Shown here piece by piece: positions 36,470 to 50,313 of a stretch of DNA of 50,614 bases. Numbering within the stretch: position 1 is the stretch's first letter; the number at the start of each line of letters is the position of its first letter. The stretch comes from Protoeuglena noctilucae (taxonomy: Eukaryota). The position numbers and the translations under genes were made by a program. The notes beneath the pieces were generated by a model. The model had not been told where the DNA came from. It saw only the letters and a list, made by a program, of their open reading frames with translations, and did not search any database. The DNA is taken from assembly GCA_958009085.1 (NCBI GenBank), contig OY253690.1:372001-422614 (forward strand). The letters run 5' to 3'.

Positions 36470-37880
36470 TGCCCCCTCCCGGCGCCGAGGCGGTCGACTC
36501 GCCCGGAGTCAAAGCGGGGCCGGGCTCGGCCGGCCCGTCATCTCCTGCGCAGAACCAGCAGCGTCGAAGGTCGGAAGGGCACACTGACCATTGGTGAAAC
36601 ATTGAAAGGTCGCACTACGCTGCGCGGCCCATGCTCAACTTGTTTGAACCCTAGCTGAAGCCAGGAGCGATGGAGGGACCTGTGTGATGGCCTCCAGGTC
36701 GACTTCGCTTGGCGCACTGCGGGTGAGGGGATCGCCCTTTTAAAATCGGAGGGGTTACCCACTTCCGGCTTGGCACGGAGACAGAGGTGGCCCTCACCGC
36801 GTGCTCGCGTACTCCGATATCGCGTGCGCGTGGATGGACATGCCCCTCCGCGGGGCCGACGGGCCTGTCTCCGTCATCGGGGTCTCCCAGCGCTCCCGGC
36901 GGGAGCGTGAGTCACTCCGCAGCCGCTGGAAGTGCGAGAGGTCCACGAAAGCCCGTCAAAGGCTTTGGGTTGAAGAAAGGAGGACCTCTGGCAAGAGGGT
37001 CTCCCCCAATTCCCGCCTCGCCGCGCTCTCCTGCCGGGCAGCGCTCCTGGGACGCCCATGCTGCTTGTTGCGTCCTTGCCGTTAGATCAACCGGGTTTGC
37101 CGGCCGTTAGCGTTAGCGTTCATAAGTTAGCAAGTTGTCGAGGCGGTGGTGGTGGTAGCTTTAGAGCGGGTTTCCTTAGTATTTCTCTAGTGCTCGCAGG
37201 TACGTCAACAGGGAGGAGGCGGTGGTACTAGTGGATCCACGACCGGTGAGGACTTCCCCTGCGAAAACGTGGCAGCCTCTGCAATCGCGATTCCTCTCGA
37301 GTGCCTCTGAGGTGCAGCGAGTACCGGGACGCTGTCAGGCGCTCTGCCTGGCCGTCCCGCGTGCCCGAGGGTGGACCGCCGTTCGTACCCGCCGACGTGC
37401 GGCCCGTGCGCTTTCCGTGTCGCTTGCTGCTTGACAGAGCGCTCGGGGGCCAGCTTTCAGGTCACCTGGGTCTTGGAATGGGGAGTCGAGTTTGGTTGCC
37501 CCGCGCCGCTCCTAGGACCGTCTTCTCCCCCCTTTGGTAGACACAGCGGGTGGTGTTTTTCCAAAGTCATGTGCTGGCAGCACAGACGTGCCCGGAGATC
37601 GCACCGGGAGGTCGCCGCGCCCTTTTCTCCCCCAAACATTTGGCGCCCAGGCCCGCCGCGCATGACGACTTATGGGCGTGGATCGCTACGTGCGTCGATC
37701 GCAATCGCGTTCACTGGCACATGCACTAGCTCTTTTGCTGCGTTGCCGGGTTCGGCGGGGCGCGCGCGCTGGCACACTCGCGCCATGGAGGGAGGGAGCC
37801 CCGCGCGCCCACCCGATGTCGTCTCTCTTCCCTGCCGCGCAGGCAAGTCGAGGATTTCTCTGCGGCTCTCTCGCGGAGGC

Positions 37881-40800
37881 ATGGCGGCCAGGCGACGCCC
37901 GCCGCGGCGGGCCTCGCCGTCCGTCATGGGGTGGGGCCTCCTGCTGCTGGCCCTGGCCGTGGCGCTCGCGCTCTTCGTCCCCGCCAGCTCTTGGGTGACT
38001 GTGGACAGCGGTCACACCATCACGCTGCACGGGGACACGAGCGTCGGGCCCAAGCTGGCGGCCGGCAAGTACGACCTCACGGTCATGGGCGACTCGAGGG
38101 TCGGGGACATCGACAAGGCGCGTTGCGGTCGCGTCTGCTGCGCGTGCTGCCCGTCCGCGTGACATCCCTGCATTCTCTTGCTACTGATACCTCCCCGGGC
38201 TCCCCGCCCTCCGCAGGTGGACCCGTACTCTTCCAACTACAACCTCGACGTCCAAGGCGCTGTCTCGGCCGCCCAGGTCATCTTCCGCGAGCCCACGGGG
38301 CTCGGGAACGGGACCACGGGCACCACGAGGTGAGAATCTGCCTCGGTGGTGACGGCCAGGCCTCGCGCCGACCGCGGCCGTGCAAGGACCCCCGCGTTCC
38401 TCCCCTGCAGCCGGGACGTCCTGGTGCTGGAGAGCGCCGGGGTCAAGGACGGTTCCAACAACATCACGTCGCACATGGTGCGCTTCAAGCGGCAGACGGC
38501 CACGGTCAACTCCACGGGGACGACCTGGTCATCGCCGCAGACGCCCTTCCAGCTGACCCTGTACGTCAGCGGCGCGTCGTCCGGCAACACAGGCGAGCGA
38601 CAGCCGCGAGCAACCGGGGGCTATCTCGTCGGCTCTCTGCTCTGTCGCTGAACGGTCGTCGCCTTCCGCGATCCGCAGCGGGTCTCCTGCAAGCCGACAA
38701 CAGCGCGTCGTTCACCATCCAGTCGCTGGACAACGCGGCGACCAGCGCCTCGCTGGTGCTCACTGGCCGGGACGTGAACAACAATGTGGTGTCCGTCTAC
38801 ACCATGCGAAACCAGGTTTGGGGCCAGCGCTGCCGCGCACATCCACGACGGCGCATGCCAACGTGGGGTCGCGAACGCTGCACTGAGACCAGCCCACGCC
38901 CGCGTTCGCAGCAAGCCGTCCTGAGCATCTCGGCCACGGACAAGAGCGACTCTACGACGCCCAAGACGTCGTACGACTCGTTCTCCATCCAGGACCAGCG
39001 CATGGACCTGTCCGGGGCCAACCCGAACGTCCTGCCCAACCTCAAGGCAAGCAAGCCGGGTTAACGTGGGCATGCCCGCGCCCGACGGAACTCCCTATGA
39101 CTGTCAGCGGATGCCGAACCGCCCATCCACTCCCGCAGACGACGTGGCTGGCCGACCCTCGGATGCGCTTGCAAATCACAACGGGCGGGGACACGGTCCT
39201 GCAAGTGCGTGGCGGGCAGACGCAGTCTCTCGGGTCGGGCGTCTTCCAGGCTGGCATGGCCCGGGCCGAGGTGGCCCTCTACCAGGGCAACTCCATCCTG
39301 AGCATCGTGAACGAGCCGCTTGGCAACACGGCGGGTGCATACACGGACACGCTCGCCATTCGCAAGACGGTCGTGGATGGGAGCGGCAACAAGACGTTGT
39401 ACAACCTCGTGCAGATGCTGGACGCCGAGATCCGGCTCGTCCCGCAGCTCAGCACGGGCATGGTGCGCGTGGGCTACCAAGTGGGCACGATCACCGCCCA
39501 GAACAACGAGCCCAACTTCTACGGCGCCAACTTCCAGGCGAGCTGGTGGCGGGGGCTTCACGGCGGGTGCGAGCACCAGCACGGGCGCATGTGCTGTCAT
39601 GGCACCGACGCTCTTAGGCCGGCCCTCGCAGGTCGGCGACATGAACGTGCACTTCTACAACTCCAACGTGACGCCGCACCAGGCGCTCTTCCCCGGGGCC
39701 GCTTCCTCCGTGCCGCTCCCTGGCACGGAGATCAACGTCCACGGCTACGCGGAGAGCAGCACGTACGCCGACTACAGCCTGTTCCTCAGCTCGAGGAAGC
39801 TCATCAAGGCAGACACGCCGTCCCTGTACGTCGGATCGGGCAGCATCGGCAACGCCCCCACCCAGTCGTCCGCACAGCAGACGGCCAATGCCCTCTCGCC
39901 CCAGGTGCGCGCTTCAGCCATGCCTCCAGCGCCGCGACGGGCTGCTGAAGCCGGCTGCCACCGGAAGCACGCTGGCCCTTCCTGCCTCGCAGGATACATG
40001 GGACGGCGGGTGGACGGGCGGTGCCGTCATGGTCAACGGCACGGGCCTGACGCAAACGGCCGTGGACTTCCCCCTCATGCTGAGCACGTCGCATACCACG
40101 GCCAACCTGGCCAACGGCGGCAAGGCCGGCGTCAAGATCATGGGCGCGTACAAGCTCGACGTGGGGGGCATCTCGCTCTCGGACACGGCCGACGGCCGCG
40201 CCCCGGCCAACGACAAGAGGTGGGGCAGACGTCGCCTGCCGGCGAGGGACGGGAGTCACGTGTATAACATTCGCCGCAGCCCTCGTGCGCGTGGGACCTG
40301 CCACTGCCCCTTGATGCAGGTCGACGCGGCGCCTCACGAGCGTCGGATCGCTCCGCCTCTCTGCCTTTGACGCCAACACCAACTACGGGGTCTTCCCCGC
40401 GTACGGCACCGGCCTGGGCCTGCAGGCCACGTCGGAGGTTTACGTGGACGGGAACGAGAAGAAGGGCCAGGCGCGCCTGCGCGTTGGCAACGCCGTCATC
40501 CACGATGCGTGGTCGGACGCCACCCCCTACACCACGCCGGGTGAGGGGCGCGGGGAGCTGGGGTGTAGCGGTCTGCCACTGAGCTAGTGGCGGGAAGCGA
40601 GAACGCCGACGCCTTGCCCCGCGCAGTGATGGACGGCGTGCATGTGACGTCCACGACCAACCTCGACGCGGCGCTGCTGATGGCCGTCTCGTCCTACATT
40701 TCCGGGACGGAGAAGGCGGCGCCCGGCGCCCCGGCCACCACCGATGCCCTGAACCCGGCCCTGACCTCGACGGCCCACTCGGGCCTGATCGTCATCCGCT

Positions 40801-43800
40801 CCGAGCTCGAGGTCCGCATCGACGAGGCGTCGCTGCTGCGCGTTGGCTCCCCCGGGGCGTCCGTCCGCACGACGGCGTCGACGCAGTCGGTGGCCGCTGA
40901 CAGCGAGCAGTTGCCTCTGCGCATGGACGCCCCTCTCGGTTTGGAGGTCGGGTACCGGCCGGGGTACGAGAACCGCGGCAAGACTCGCAAGAGGTGAGCC
41001 CGTCTCCGCTTGTCCCGGCGATCTGAGGCGATAGGCCGGCCGCATACTGGTCAACTGTTCATTGCAACACGACGCGCAGGCCAATCTACACGTCCAACGA
41101 CCCCAATTACCTGGGGAGCAGCGGGCGGCCGACGGTGTTTATGCGGGACCTCGAGATGGACGGGTGCTCCATTCCCGAGGCGTCCTCGGCCGCGCTGCCG
41201 AACGACTCGTACACGGCCGCCATCTACGCCGCGCGCTCGTCGGGCGAGTGCGTCACCCGCATCGGCATCATGACCCCGCCAACGTCGGACCTGTCGGCTT
41301 TCGCCCAGGCGATCGGCAAGTACACCACGGTGCGTGGCACGTGCGCTGAGCGTCAATTTACGCCTCTGCGCTTCGCTCTTCGCCATCCTGCCGAGGCCGA
41401 CCCCAGTCGCTGAGTGCTGGCATCCCTGAAACCTCCCGCAGGGGTCTCAGGAGGCCAAGGAGCTCTACGTGTCGAGCGACAACTACGTGGACTTTGACCG
41501 CCGGAGTCGCGTCAAGATTGGCGGCATCTTCTTCGACGGCAAGGGCATGCAGGCCACGGACCCCTTCAACGCCTTCAGCGAGTCCTCGACGGGCCTGCCG
41601 ACGTCAGGGACGTGGTCTAGCCTGGCCGGCACGTCGGGCGACGCCAAGAACACCATCCGGGGCGACTCGGGCCTCATCCTCAACGGCGGGCGCCAGTCGG
41701 GCCCCGTCCAAGTGGTGGGCGGCACGAGCCGCGTGAATGGCACGGCCGGCGGCAACGTGACGGTCCTTACGGGGGGCTCCGGGGCCACGGGCTGGACGGG
41801 CGACTCGGGCGTCCTCACGCTGGCGTCGGCGGCGGGCGGCACAACGGGCAACTCGGGCAACGTGAAGCTCCAGTCCGGGACCATCACGGGCGGAGCGTCC
41901 AACACGTCGGGGACCGTGACGGTTTCGACGGGCGCCGCGACGGTGGGACGCTCGGGAGACGTGAAAGTGGCCACGGGCACCACGCAGTCCACCAGCACGT
42001 CGGGCAACGTGACGCTCGCCACGGGCAACGCGGCCGGCGCTGGGGCCGGGGACATCCGCGTCACGGTGAGCGAATAAGCGGTTTCACCAGGCCGGTTACG
42101 GCAGGAGAGGAACCGCAGACATACTGCAAACAAGCAATCTTCCACTGTCCCCACGCAGGGTGGCTCAAGCGGTGGCGCAGTGGGCGGCAATGTTCAGATC
42201 ACGGCTGGGCAGTCGACGGGCGCAACGGGCACGATCCCCGGCGGTGCCGTGACCGTCACGGGTGGGGCGGCCAGTGCGGGTGTCGGCGGCAGCGTGACGG
42301 TGGCTGGCGGGGCGTCCACGGGTGCGGTCGGCGGAGGAGTCACCATCGTGTCTGGCGCGACGTCCGCGGCCTCCAGCCCCAACCGCTCGGGAGACGTATC
42401 CATCCTGACAGCCGACTCGGCGGCCAGCGCCTCCACGGCCACCGGCACCATCACGGTGCGCACGGGCAACTCTGCCACCGGGACCGCCGGGAACCTGGTC
42501 CTCGCGACGGGCAGTGGCCTGTCCACGGGGGCGTCCGTGTCCCTGACGGCGGGGACAGCGACGCAGACCGCCAGCGCCCCGACGTCAACGCCTCAGGTAC
42601 GTTCCTGGCTGCAGCTGCTCGCCTTTGCCGCCACGGTACTCCCTGCACGCGCTGCCAGCGCCTTTTCTTCATGTCGCGACCGCTCGCAATTCGCGCGCAG
42701 GGCGGCAACGTCAACATCGCCGCGGGGAGCGCCTTCGCGGCTGGCAACAGCGGCGTGGGCGGGGGCGTCAGCGTCACGGGTGGCACGGGCTTCACCACGG
42801 GCGGCAACGTCAGCATCACGGGCGGCCGCGTGGTCACGTCCGCCGACACCAACAACGGCACCACGTACACCTACACGGACAACACCTATCGTGACGGAGG
42901 GTCGATCGTGCTGACGTCCGGCGCCGGAGCCACGCGCAACTCGGGCAACGTGGTCATCTCCACCGCCGCCTCCGGGGCCACGGGTGGCGCGGGCCAGGTC
43001 CGCATCACCACCGGCGACTCGAGCGCCACGACCTCCTGCTCCTCCGCTCCATGTCAGAACGAGGTGACAGCATGGCGTCGACCCTGGGGAGCCCATGCTG
43101 CGCTATGTATTGTTAAGTCATCATCGAGGGCCACCTGTTGCAATTGCAGGGTGCCATCGTCATCGCGGCGGGCAAGTCCTCGGTGACGACCGGCCCCGCC
43201 GTGAGCGTTACCGCCGGGGGGGCGACTGCCACGAACCAGCGCGGTGGCAACGTGGCCATTACTGCCGGCGTGGGGCAGGCGGGGCCGGGCGGTCACGTCG
43301 TCATCACGGGCGGACAGGGCCAGGGCTCGAACACCGGGTTTGGGAACGGCGGGGACGTGATCCTGTCGGGAGGCACAGCGCAGGCGACGGGCGCCACGGG
43401 CGGGAACGTCACCATCGCGTCCGGCAAGCCCCTCTCGTCGACGTCATCCAACAGCGGTGCCATCACCCTCACCACGCCGTCGCCGACCAGCCAAGGTGTC
43501 TCAGGAGACATCGGAGTCACGACTGGGGACGCCTCTTCTGCATCCGGCAACGTCACAGTGCAGACAGGGGCGGTGAGCGTGGGGCCCAATTCGTCGGGGA
43601 ACATCTCCTTAATGACTGGCAAAACGACCAATCAAAATGCTGGAGGCATCAGCCTCAAGACTGGCTCGAGCACGCTGACCGGGGGGGCTGTGAGCATCCA
43701 GACTGGCAGTGGACAACAGGGAGGAGACTTAACAGCCACCACCGGCAGCGCAACGACAACGCGCGGAGGCAGCATGACCCTAACGACCGGTTCAGGGGTT

Positions 43801-46800
43801 ACGGGCGGGTCCGTAAGAGTGTCGACCGGCAGCGGGGCGGCGGGCGCCGGCGGGGCGTTCACGCTGACCGCAGGGAGCTCGACCAGCGCAGCCGGCGGGG
43901 GTCTGACCGCAACGCTTGGGTCAGGCAGCACGCTGGGCGGCGGGATGACGGTGACAGCAGGAAGCGCGACGATGGGGACGGGCGGGGCGTTCTCGCTGAC
44001 GGCAGGGTCGGGGGTGACGGGCGGGGCGGTGAGCCTGGAGGCGGGCAGCGGGACGACGGGGGTCGGCGGGGCGTTCTCGCTGCTGGCAGGGAGCTCCACG
44101 TCGGCGACGGGCGGGGCGTTCACGGTGGCGTCCGGGTCCGGGGTGACGGGCGGGGCGCTGAGCGTGTCGACCGGCAGCGCGACGACGGGGACGGGCGGGG
44201 CGTTCTCGCTGACGGCAGGGTCGGGGGTGACGGGCGGGGCGGTGAGCCTGGAGGCGGGCAGCGGGACGACGGGGGTCGGCGGGGCGTTCTCGCTGCTGGC
44301 AGGGAGCTCCACGTCGGCGACGGGCGGGGCGTTCACGGTGGCGTCCGGGTCCGGGGTGACGGGCGGGGCGCTGAGCCTGGAGTCGGGCAGCGCGACGACG
44401 GGGGCCGGCGGGGCGTTCACGCTGTCGACGGGCAGCTCCAAGTCGGCGACGGGCGGGGCGTTCTCGGCCACGGCGGGCGCGGGCAGGACGGGCGGCGGGC
44501 TGAGCCTGGCGGCCGGGTCCGGGTCTAGCGGCGCGGGCGGGTCTATGACGCTGACGACGGGGTCGGGGACGACGGCGGGCGGCGGCCTGGCGATCGTGTT
44601 CGGCACGGCGACGACGGGGACGGGCGGGGCGTTCTCGCTGACGGCAGGGTCGGGGGTGACGGGCGGGGCGGTGAGCCTGGAGGCGGGCAGCGGGACGACG
44701 GGGGTCGGCGGGGCGTTCTCGCTGCTGGCAGGGAGCTCCACGTCGGCGACGGGCGGGGCGTTCACGGTGGCGTCCGGGTCCGGGGTGACGGGCGGGGCGC
44801 TGAGCGTGTCGACCGGCAGCGCGACGACGGGGACGGGCGGGGCGTTCTCGCTGACGGCAGGGTCGGGGGTGACGGGCGGGGCGGTGAGCCTGGAGTCGGG
44901 CAGCGCGACGACGGGGGCCGGCGGGGCGTTCTCGCTGACGGCAGGGTCGGGGGTGACGGGCGGGGCGGTGAGCCTGGAGGCGGGCAGCGGGACGACGGGG
45001 GTCGGCGGGGCGTTCTCGCTGCTGGCAGGGAGCTCCACGTCGGCGACGGGCGGGGCGTTCACGGTGGCGTCCGGGTCCGGGGTGACGGGCGGGGCGCTGA
45101 GCGTGTCGACCGGCAGCGCGACGACGGGGACGGGCGGGGCGTTCTCGCTGACGGCAGGGTCGGGGGTGACGGGCGGGGCGGTGAGCCTGGAGTCGGGCAG
45201 CGCGACGACGGGGGCCGGCGGGGCGTTCACGCTGTCGACGGGCAGCTCCAAGTCGGCGACGGGCGGGGCGTTCTCGGCCACGGCGGGCGCGGGCAGGACG
45301 GGCGGCGGGCTGAGCCTGGCGGCCGGGTCCGGGTCTAGCGGCGCGGGCGGGTCTATGACGCTGACGACGGGGTCGGGGACGACGGCGGGCGGCGGCCTGG
45401 CGATCGTGTTCGGCACGGCGACGACGGGGACGGGCGGGGCGTTCTCGCTGACGGCAGGGTCGGGGGTGACGGGCGGGGCGGTGAGCCTGGAGGCGGGCAG
45501 CGGGACGACGGGGGTCGGCGGGGCGTTCTCGCTGCTGGCAGGGAGCTCCACGTCGGCGACGGGCGGGGCGTTCACGGTGGCGTCCGGGTCCGGGGTGACG
45601 GGCGGGGCGCTGAGCGTGTCGACCGGCAGCGCGACGACGGGGACGGGCGGGGCGTTCTCGCTGACGGCAGGGTCGGGGGTGACGGGCGGGGCGGTGAGCC
45701 TGGAGTCGGGCAGCGCGACGACGGGGGCCGGCGGGGCGTTCACGCTGTCGACGGGCAGCTCCAAGTCGGCGACGGGCGGGGCGTTCTCGGCCACGGCGGG
45801 CGCGGGCAGGACGGGCGGCGGGCTGAGCCTGGCGGCCGGGTCCGGGTCTAGCGGCGCGGGCGGGTCTATGACGCTGACGACGGGGTCGGGGACGACGGCG
45901 GGCGGCGGCCTGGCGATCGTGTTCGGCACGGCGACGACGGGGACGGGCGGGGCGTTCTCGCTGACGGCAGGGTCGGGGGTGACGGGCGGGGCGGTGAGCC
46001 TGGAGGCGGGCAGCGGGACGACGGGGGTCGGCGGGGCGTTCTCGCTGCTGGCAGGGAGCTCCACGTCGGCGACGGGCGGGGCGTTCACGGTGGCGTCCGG
46101 GTCCGGGGTGACGGGCGGGGCGGTGAGCCTGGAGTCGGGCAGCGCGACGACGGGGGCCGGCGGGGCGTTCTCGCTGACGGCAGGGTCGGGGGTGACGGGC
46201 GGGGCGGTGAGCCTGGAGGCGGGCAGCGGGACGACGGGGGTCGGCGGGGCGTTCTCGCTGCTGGCAGGGAGCTCCACGTCGGCGACGGGCGGGGCGTTCA
46301 CGGTGGCGTCCGGGTCCGGGGTGACGGGCGGGGCGCTGAGCGTGTCGACCGGCAGCGCGACGACGGGGACGGGCGGGGCGTTCTCGCTGACGGCAGGGTC
46401 GGGGGTGACGGGCGGGGCGGTGAGCCTGGAGTCGGGCAGCGCGACGACGGGGGCCGGCGGGGCGTTCACGCTGTCGACGGGCAGCTCCAAGTCGGCGACG
46501 GGCGGGGCGTTCTCGGCCACGGCGGGCGCGGGCAGGACGGGCGGCGGGCTGAGCCTGGCGGCCGGGTCCGGGTCTAGCGGCGCGGGCGGGTCTATGACGC
46601 TGACGACGGGGTCGGGGACGACGGCGGGCGGCGGCCTGGCGATCGTGTTCGGCACGGCGACGACGGGGACGGGCGGGGCGTTCTCGCTGACGGCAGGGTC
46701 GGGGGTGACGGGCGGGGCGGTGAGCCTGGAGGCGGGCAGCGGGACGACGGGGGTCGGCGGGGCGTTCTCGCTGCTGGCAGGGAGCTCCACGTCGGCGACG

Positions 46801-49800
46801 GGCGGGGCGTTCACGGTGGCGTCCGGGTCCGGGGTGACGGGCGGGGCGCTGAGCGTGTCGACCGGCAGCGCGACGACGGGGACGGGCGGGGCGTTCTCGC
46901 TGACGGCAGGGTCGGGGGTGACGGGCGGGGCGGTGAGCCTGGAGTCGGGCAGCGCGACGACGGGGGCCGGCGGGGCGTTCACGCTGTCGACGGGCAGCTC
47001 CAAGTCGGCGACGGGCGGGGCGTTCTCGGCCACGGCGGGCGCGGGCAGGACGGGCGGCGGGCTGAGCCTGGCGGCCGGGTCCGGGTCTAGCGGCGCGGGC
47101 GGGTCTATGACGCTGACGACGGGGTCGGGGACGACGGCGGGCGGCGGCCTGGCGATCGTGTTCGGCACGGCGACGACGGGGACGGGCGGGGCGTTCTCGC
47201 TGACGGCAGGGTCGGGGGTGACGGGCGGGGCGGTGAGCCTGGAGGCGGGCAGCGGGACGACGGGGGTCGGCGGGGCGTTCTCGCTGCTGGCAGGGAGCTC
47301 CACGTCGGCGACGGGCGGGGCGTTCACGGTGGCGTCCGGGTCCGGGGTGACGGGCGGGGCGCTGAGCGTGTCGACCGGCAGCGCGACGACGGGGACGGGC
47401 GGGGCGTTCTCGCTGACGGCAGGGTCGGGGGTGACGGGCGGGGCGGTGAGCCTGGAGTCGGGCAGCGCGACGACGGGGGCCGGCGGGGCGTTCACGCTGT
47501 CGACGGGCAGCTCCAAGTCGGCGACGGGCGGGGCGTTCTCGGCCACGGCGGGCGCGGGCAGGACGGGCGGCGGGCTGAGCCTGGCGGCCGGGTCCGGGTC
47601 TAGCGGCGCGGGCGGGTCTATGACGCTGACGACGGGGTCGGGGACGACGGCGGGCGGCGGCCTGGCGATCGTGTTCGGCACGGCGACGACGGGGACGGGC
47701 GGGGCGTTCTCGCTGACGGCAGGGTCGGGGGTGACGGGCGGGGCGGTGAGCCTGGAGGCGGGCAGCGGGACGACGGGGGTCGGCGGGGCGTTCTCGCTGC
47801 TGGCAGGGAGCTCCACGTCGGCGACGGGCGGGGCGTTCACGGTGGCGTCCGGGTCCGGGGTGACGGGCGGGGCGCTGAGCGTGTCGACCGGCAGCGCGAC
47901 GACGGGGACGGGCGGGGCGTTCTCGCTGACGGCAGGGTCGGGGGTGACGGGCGGGGCGGTGAGCCTGGAGTCGGGCAGCGCGACGACGGGGGCCGGCGGG
48001 GCGTTCACGCTGTCGACGGGCAGCTCCAAGTCGGCGACGGGCGGGGCGTTCTCGGCCACGGCGGGCGCGGGCAGGACGGGCGGCGGGCTGAGCCTGGCGG
48101 CCGGGTCCGGGTCTAGCGGCGCGGGCGGGTCTATGACGCTGACGACGGGGTCGGGGACGACGGCGGGCGGCGGCCTGGCGATCGTGTTCGGCACGGCGAC
48201 GACGGGGACGGGCGGGGCGTTCTCGCTGACGGCAGGGTCGGGGGTGACGGGCGGGGCGGTGAGCCTGGAGGCGGGCAGCGGGACGACGGGGGTCGGCGGG
48301 GCGTTCTCGCTGCTGGCAGGGAGCTCCACGTCGGCGACGGGCGGGGCGTTCACGGTGGCGTCCGGGTCCGGGGTGACGGGCGGGGCGCTGAGCCTGGAGT
48401 CGGGCAGCGCGACGACGGGGACGGGCGGGGCGTTCTCGCTGACGGCAGGGTCGGGGGTGACGGGCGGGGCGGTGAGCCTGGAGTCGGGCAGCGCGACGAC
48501 GGGGGCCGGCGGGGCGTTCACGCTGTCGACGGGCAGCTCCAAGTCGGCGACGGGCGGGGCGTTCTCGGCCACGGCGGGCGCGGGCAGGACGGGCGGCGGG
48601 CTGAGCCTGGCGGCCGGGTCCGGGTCTAGCGGCGCGGGCGGGTCTATGACGCTGACGACGGGGTCGGGGACGACGGCGGGCGGCGGCCTGGCGATCGTGT
48701 TCGGCACGGCGACGACGGGGACGGGCGGGGCGTTCTCGCTGACGGCAGGGTCGGGGGTGACGGGCGGGGCGGTGAGCCTGGAGGCGGGCAGCGGGACGAC
48801 GGGGGTCGGCGGGGCGTTCTCGCTGCTGGCAGGGAGCTCCACGTCGGCGACGGGCGGGGCGTTCACGGTGGCGTCCGGGTCCGGGGTGACGGGCGGGGCG
48901 CTGAGCGTGTCGACTGGGAGCGCGACGACGGGGACGGGCGGGGCGCTGAGCGTGTCGACCGGCAGCGCGACGACGGGGACGGGCGGGGCGTTCTCGCTGA
49001 CGGCAGGGTCGGGGGTGACGGGCGGGGCGGTGAGCCTGGAGTCGGGCAGCGCGACGACGGGGGCCGGCGGGGCGTTCTCGCTGCTGGCGGGGAGCTCCAC
49101 GTCGGCGACGGGCGGGGCGTTCACGGTGGCGTCCGGGTCCGGGGTGACGGGCGGGGCGCTGAGCCTGGAGACGGGCAGCGCGACGACGGGGGCCGGCGGG
49201 GCGTTCTCGCTGCTGGCAGGGAGCTCCACGTCGGCGACGGGCGGGGCGTTCACGGTGGCGTCCGGGTCCGGGGTGACGGGCGGGGCGCTGAGCGTGTCGA
49301 CTGGGAGCGCGACGACGGGGGCCGGTGGTGCGATCACGCTGTCAACGGGCAGCTCGCTGAGTGCTGCTGGTGGGAGTATGTCTGTGACACTGGGCACGGG
49401 GGTGATTGGAGGCTCCTTTTCGCTGACGCCTGGCACCGGGACGACCACCAATGGGTACGTGAATGTTGGTCCACGCCTTAGGGTTTACGATACCTCGGGA
49501 GCTGCGCTCGGGGCTGGGTCGATGGTCTACATCCCGGTGCGTTTCTGCGTTGCGGCTTGCATATTGTCATGTGTCGCGTGTCAGAGAAATTAAACCAAAG
49601 CCATCGTAACTGATTTGCAGATCAAGGCTGTCTATGGCGTCAGCGTGTCCTTGACAGCAACAGCAACGTGGTCTTCCACCGGAGTGCTGCAACAATCCGT
49701 TGCTCTTTCAAATATAGTAGCCGGGGACACGCACTTTGCTATCTGCACGTATGCAAGTAAGTCAATCTTTGATTTGGCACTGCTTATCATGGCTTGACTT

Positions 49801-50136
49801 AGAAATTCTCCCTGAAAGTGTTTTTTTTTTTTTGCGCAGCCACCGTTACAATCAACGGAAACGCTTACAGTGCACAGCCCTCGTGCTTCATCAACGTGAG
49901 TCATGCGGCGCATTCAATGGGTGCATGCTTACATCATCTACTGGGCGACGAGCGCGGAGCGAGGAGCACTTTTTTTTTGTTTGTCGCAGGGAACGACGCT
50001 CTATATCCAGTTCTACGGGTATAACAACGGGACCACGTCGCCCACCATCAGCGTGACGGCGGCCACCCCCAACCTGTACGTGCTTGTGGTTGCCACGGAT
50101 GGGACAGGCCTTACGAGCACCGTGACAGCGGCATAA
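37881..50136 (+). CDS. Giant (~3,500 aa, estimated) secreted/surface Gly-Ser-Thr beta-repeat fibre-like protein, ~17 introns
   Basis: Signal/anchor WGLLLLALAVALALFVPA; beta-rich exons; 6.4-kb exon 43150-49536 made of GGxxxxxxGxxxx(xx) units; C-terminal beta-domain exons ending TSTVTAA* at 50136. Confidence 0.8.
43960..49330 (+). repeat. Coding higher-order tandem repeat: 39-45-bp subunits nested in a 513-bp (171-aa) unit
   Basis: Marker CGATCGTGTTC (AIVFG) at 44591, 45401, 45914, 46640, 47153, 47666, 48179 and 48692; five of the seven spacings are exactly 513 bp. Confidence 0.95.
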
Positions 50137-50313
50137 AGGCGTCGATACTGCACCTGCTGTGCTTGCCATGCATGAACATGTATGCACTTGCTTGATGTGA
50201 CCTGGTAATTTTTGAAGAATGACATGAACGCGCCAGCATCGGCATGCTACCCCAGTAGCCGCCTATTGTCAACAGAGCAATCCAAGCGGTGCTGGACTGA
50301 CTGACTCGCTTCA

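Noticed and set aside
43960..49330. Bacterial ice-nucleation protein (InaZ-type) call
   Set aside because: Lacks the AGYGST 16-residue periodicity; units are 13-15 aa. Ice binding remains only a hypothesis.
43632..49451. 1939-aa Pro/Val/Ala-rich minus-strand ORF
   Set aside because: Antisense shadow of the repeat exon. The + frame has a signal peptide, splice sites and continuity with flanking exons.
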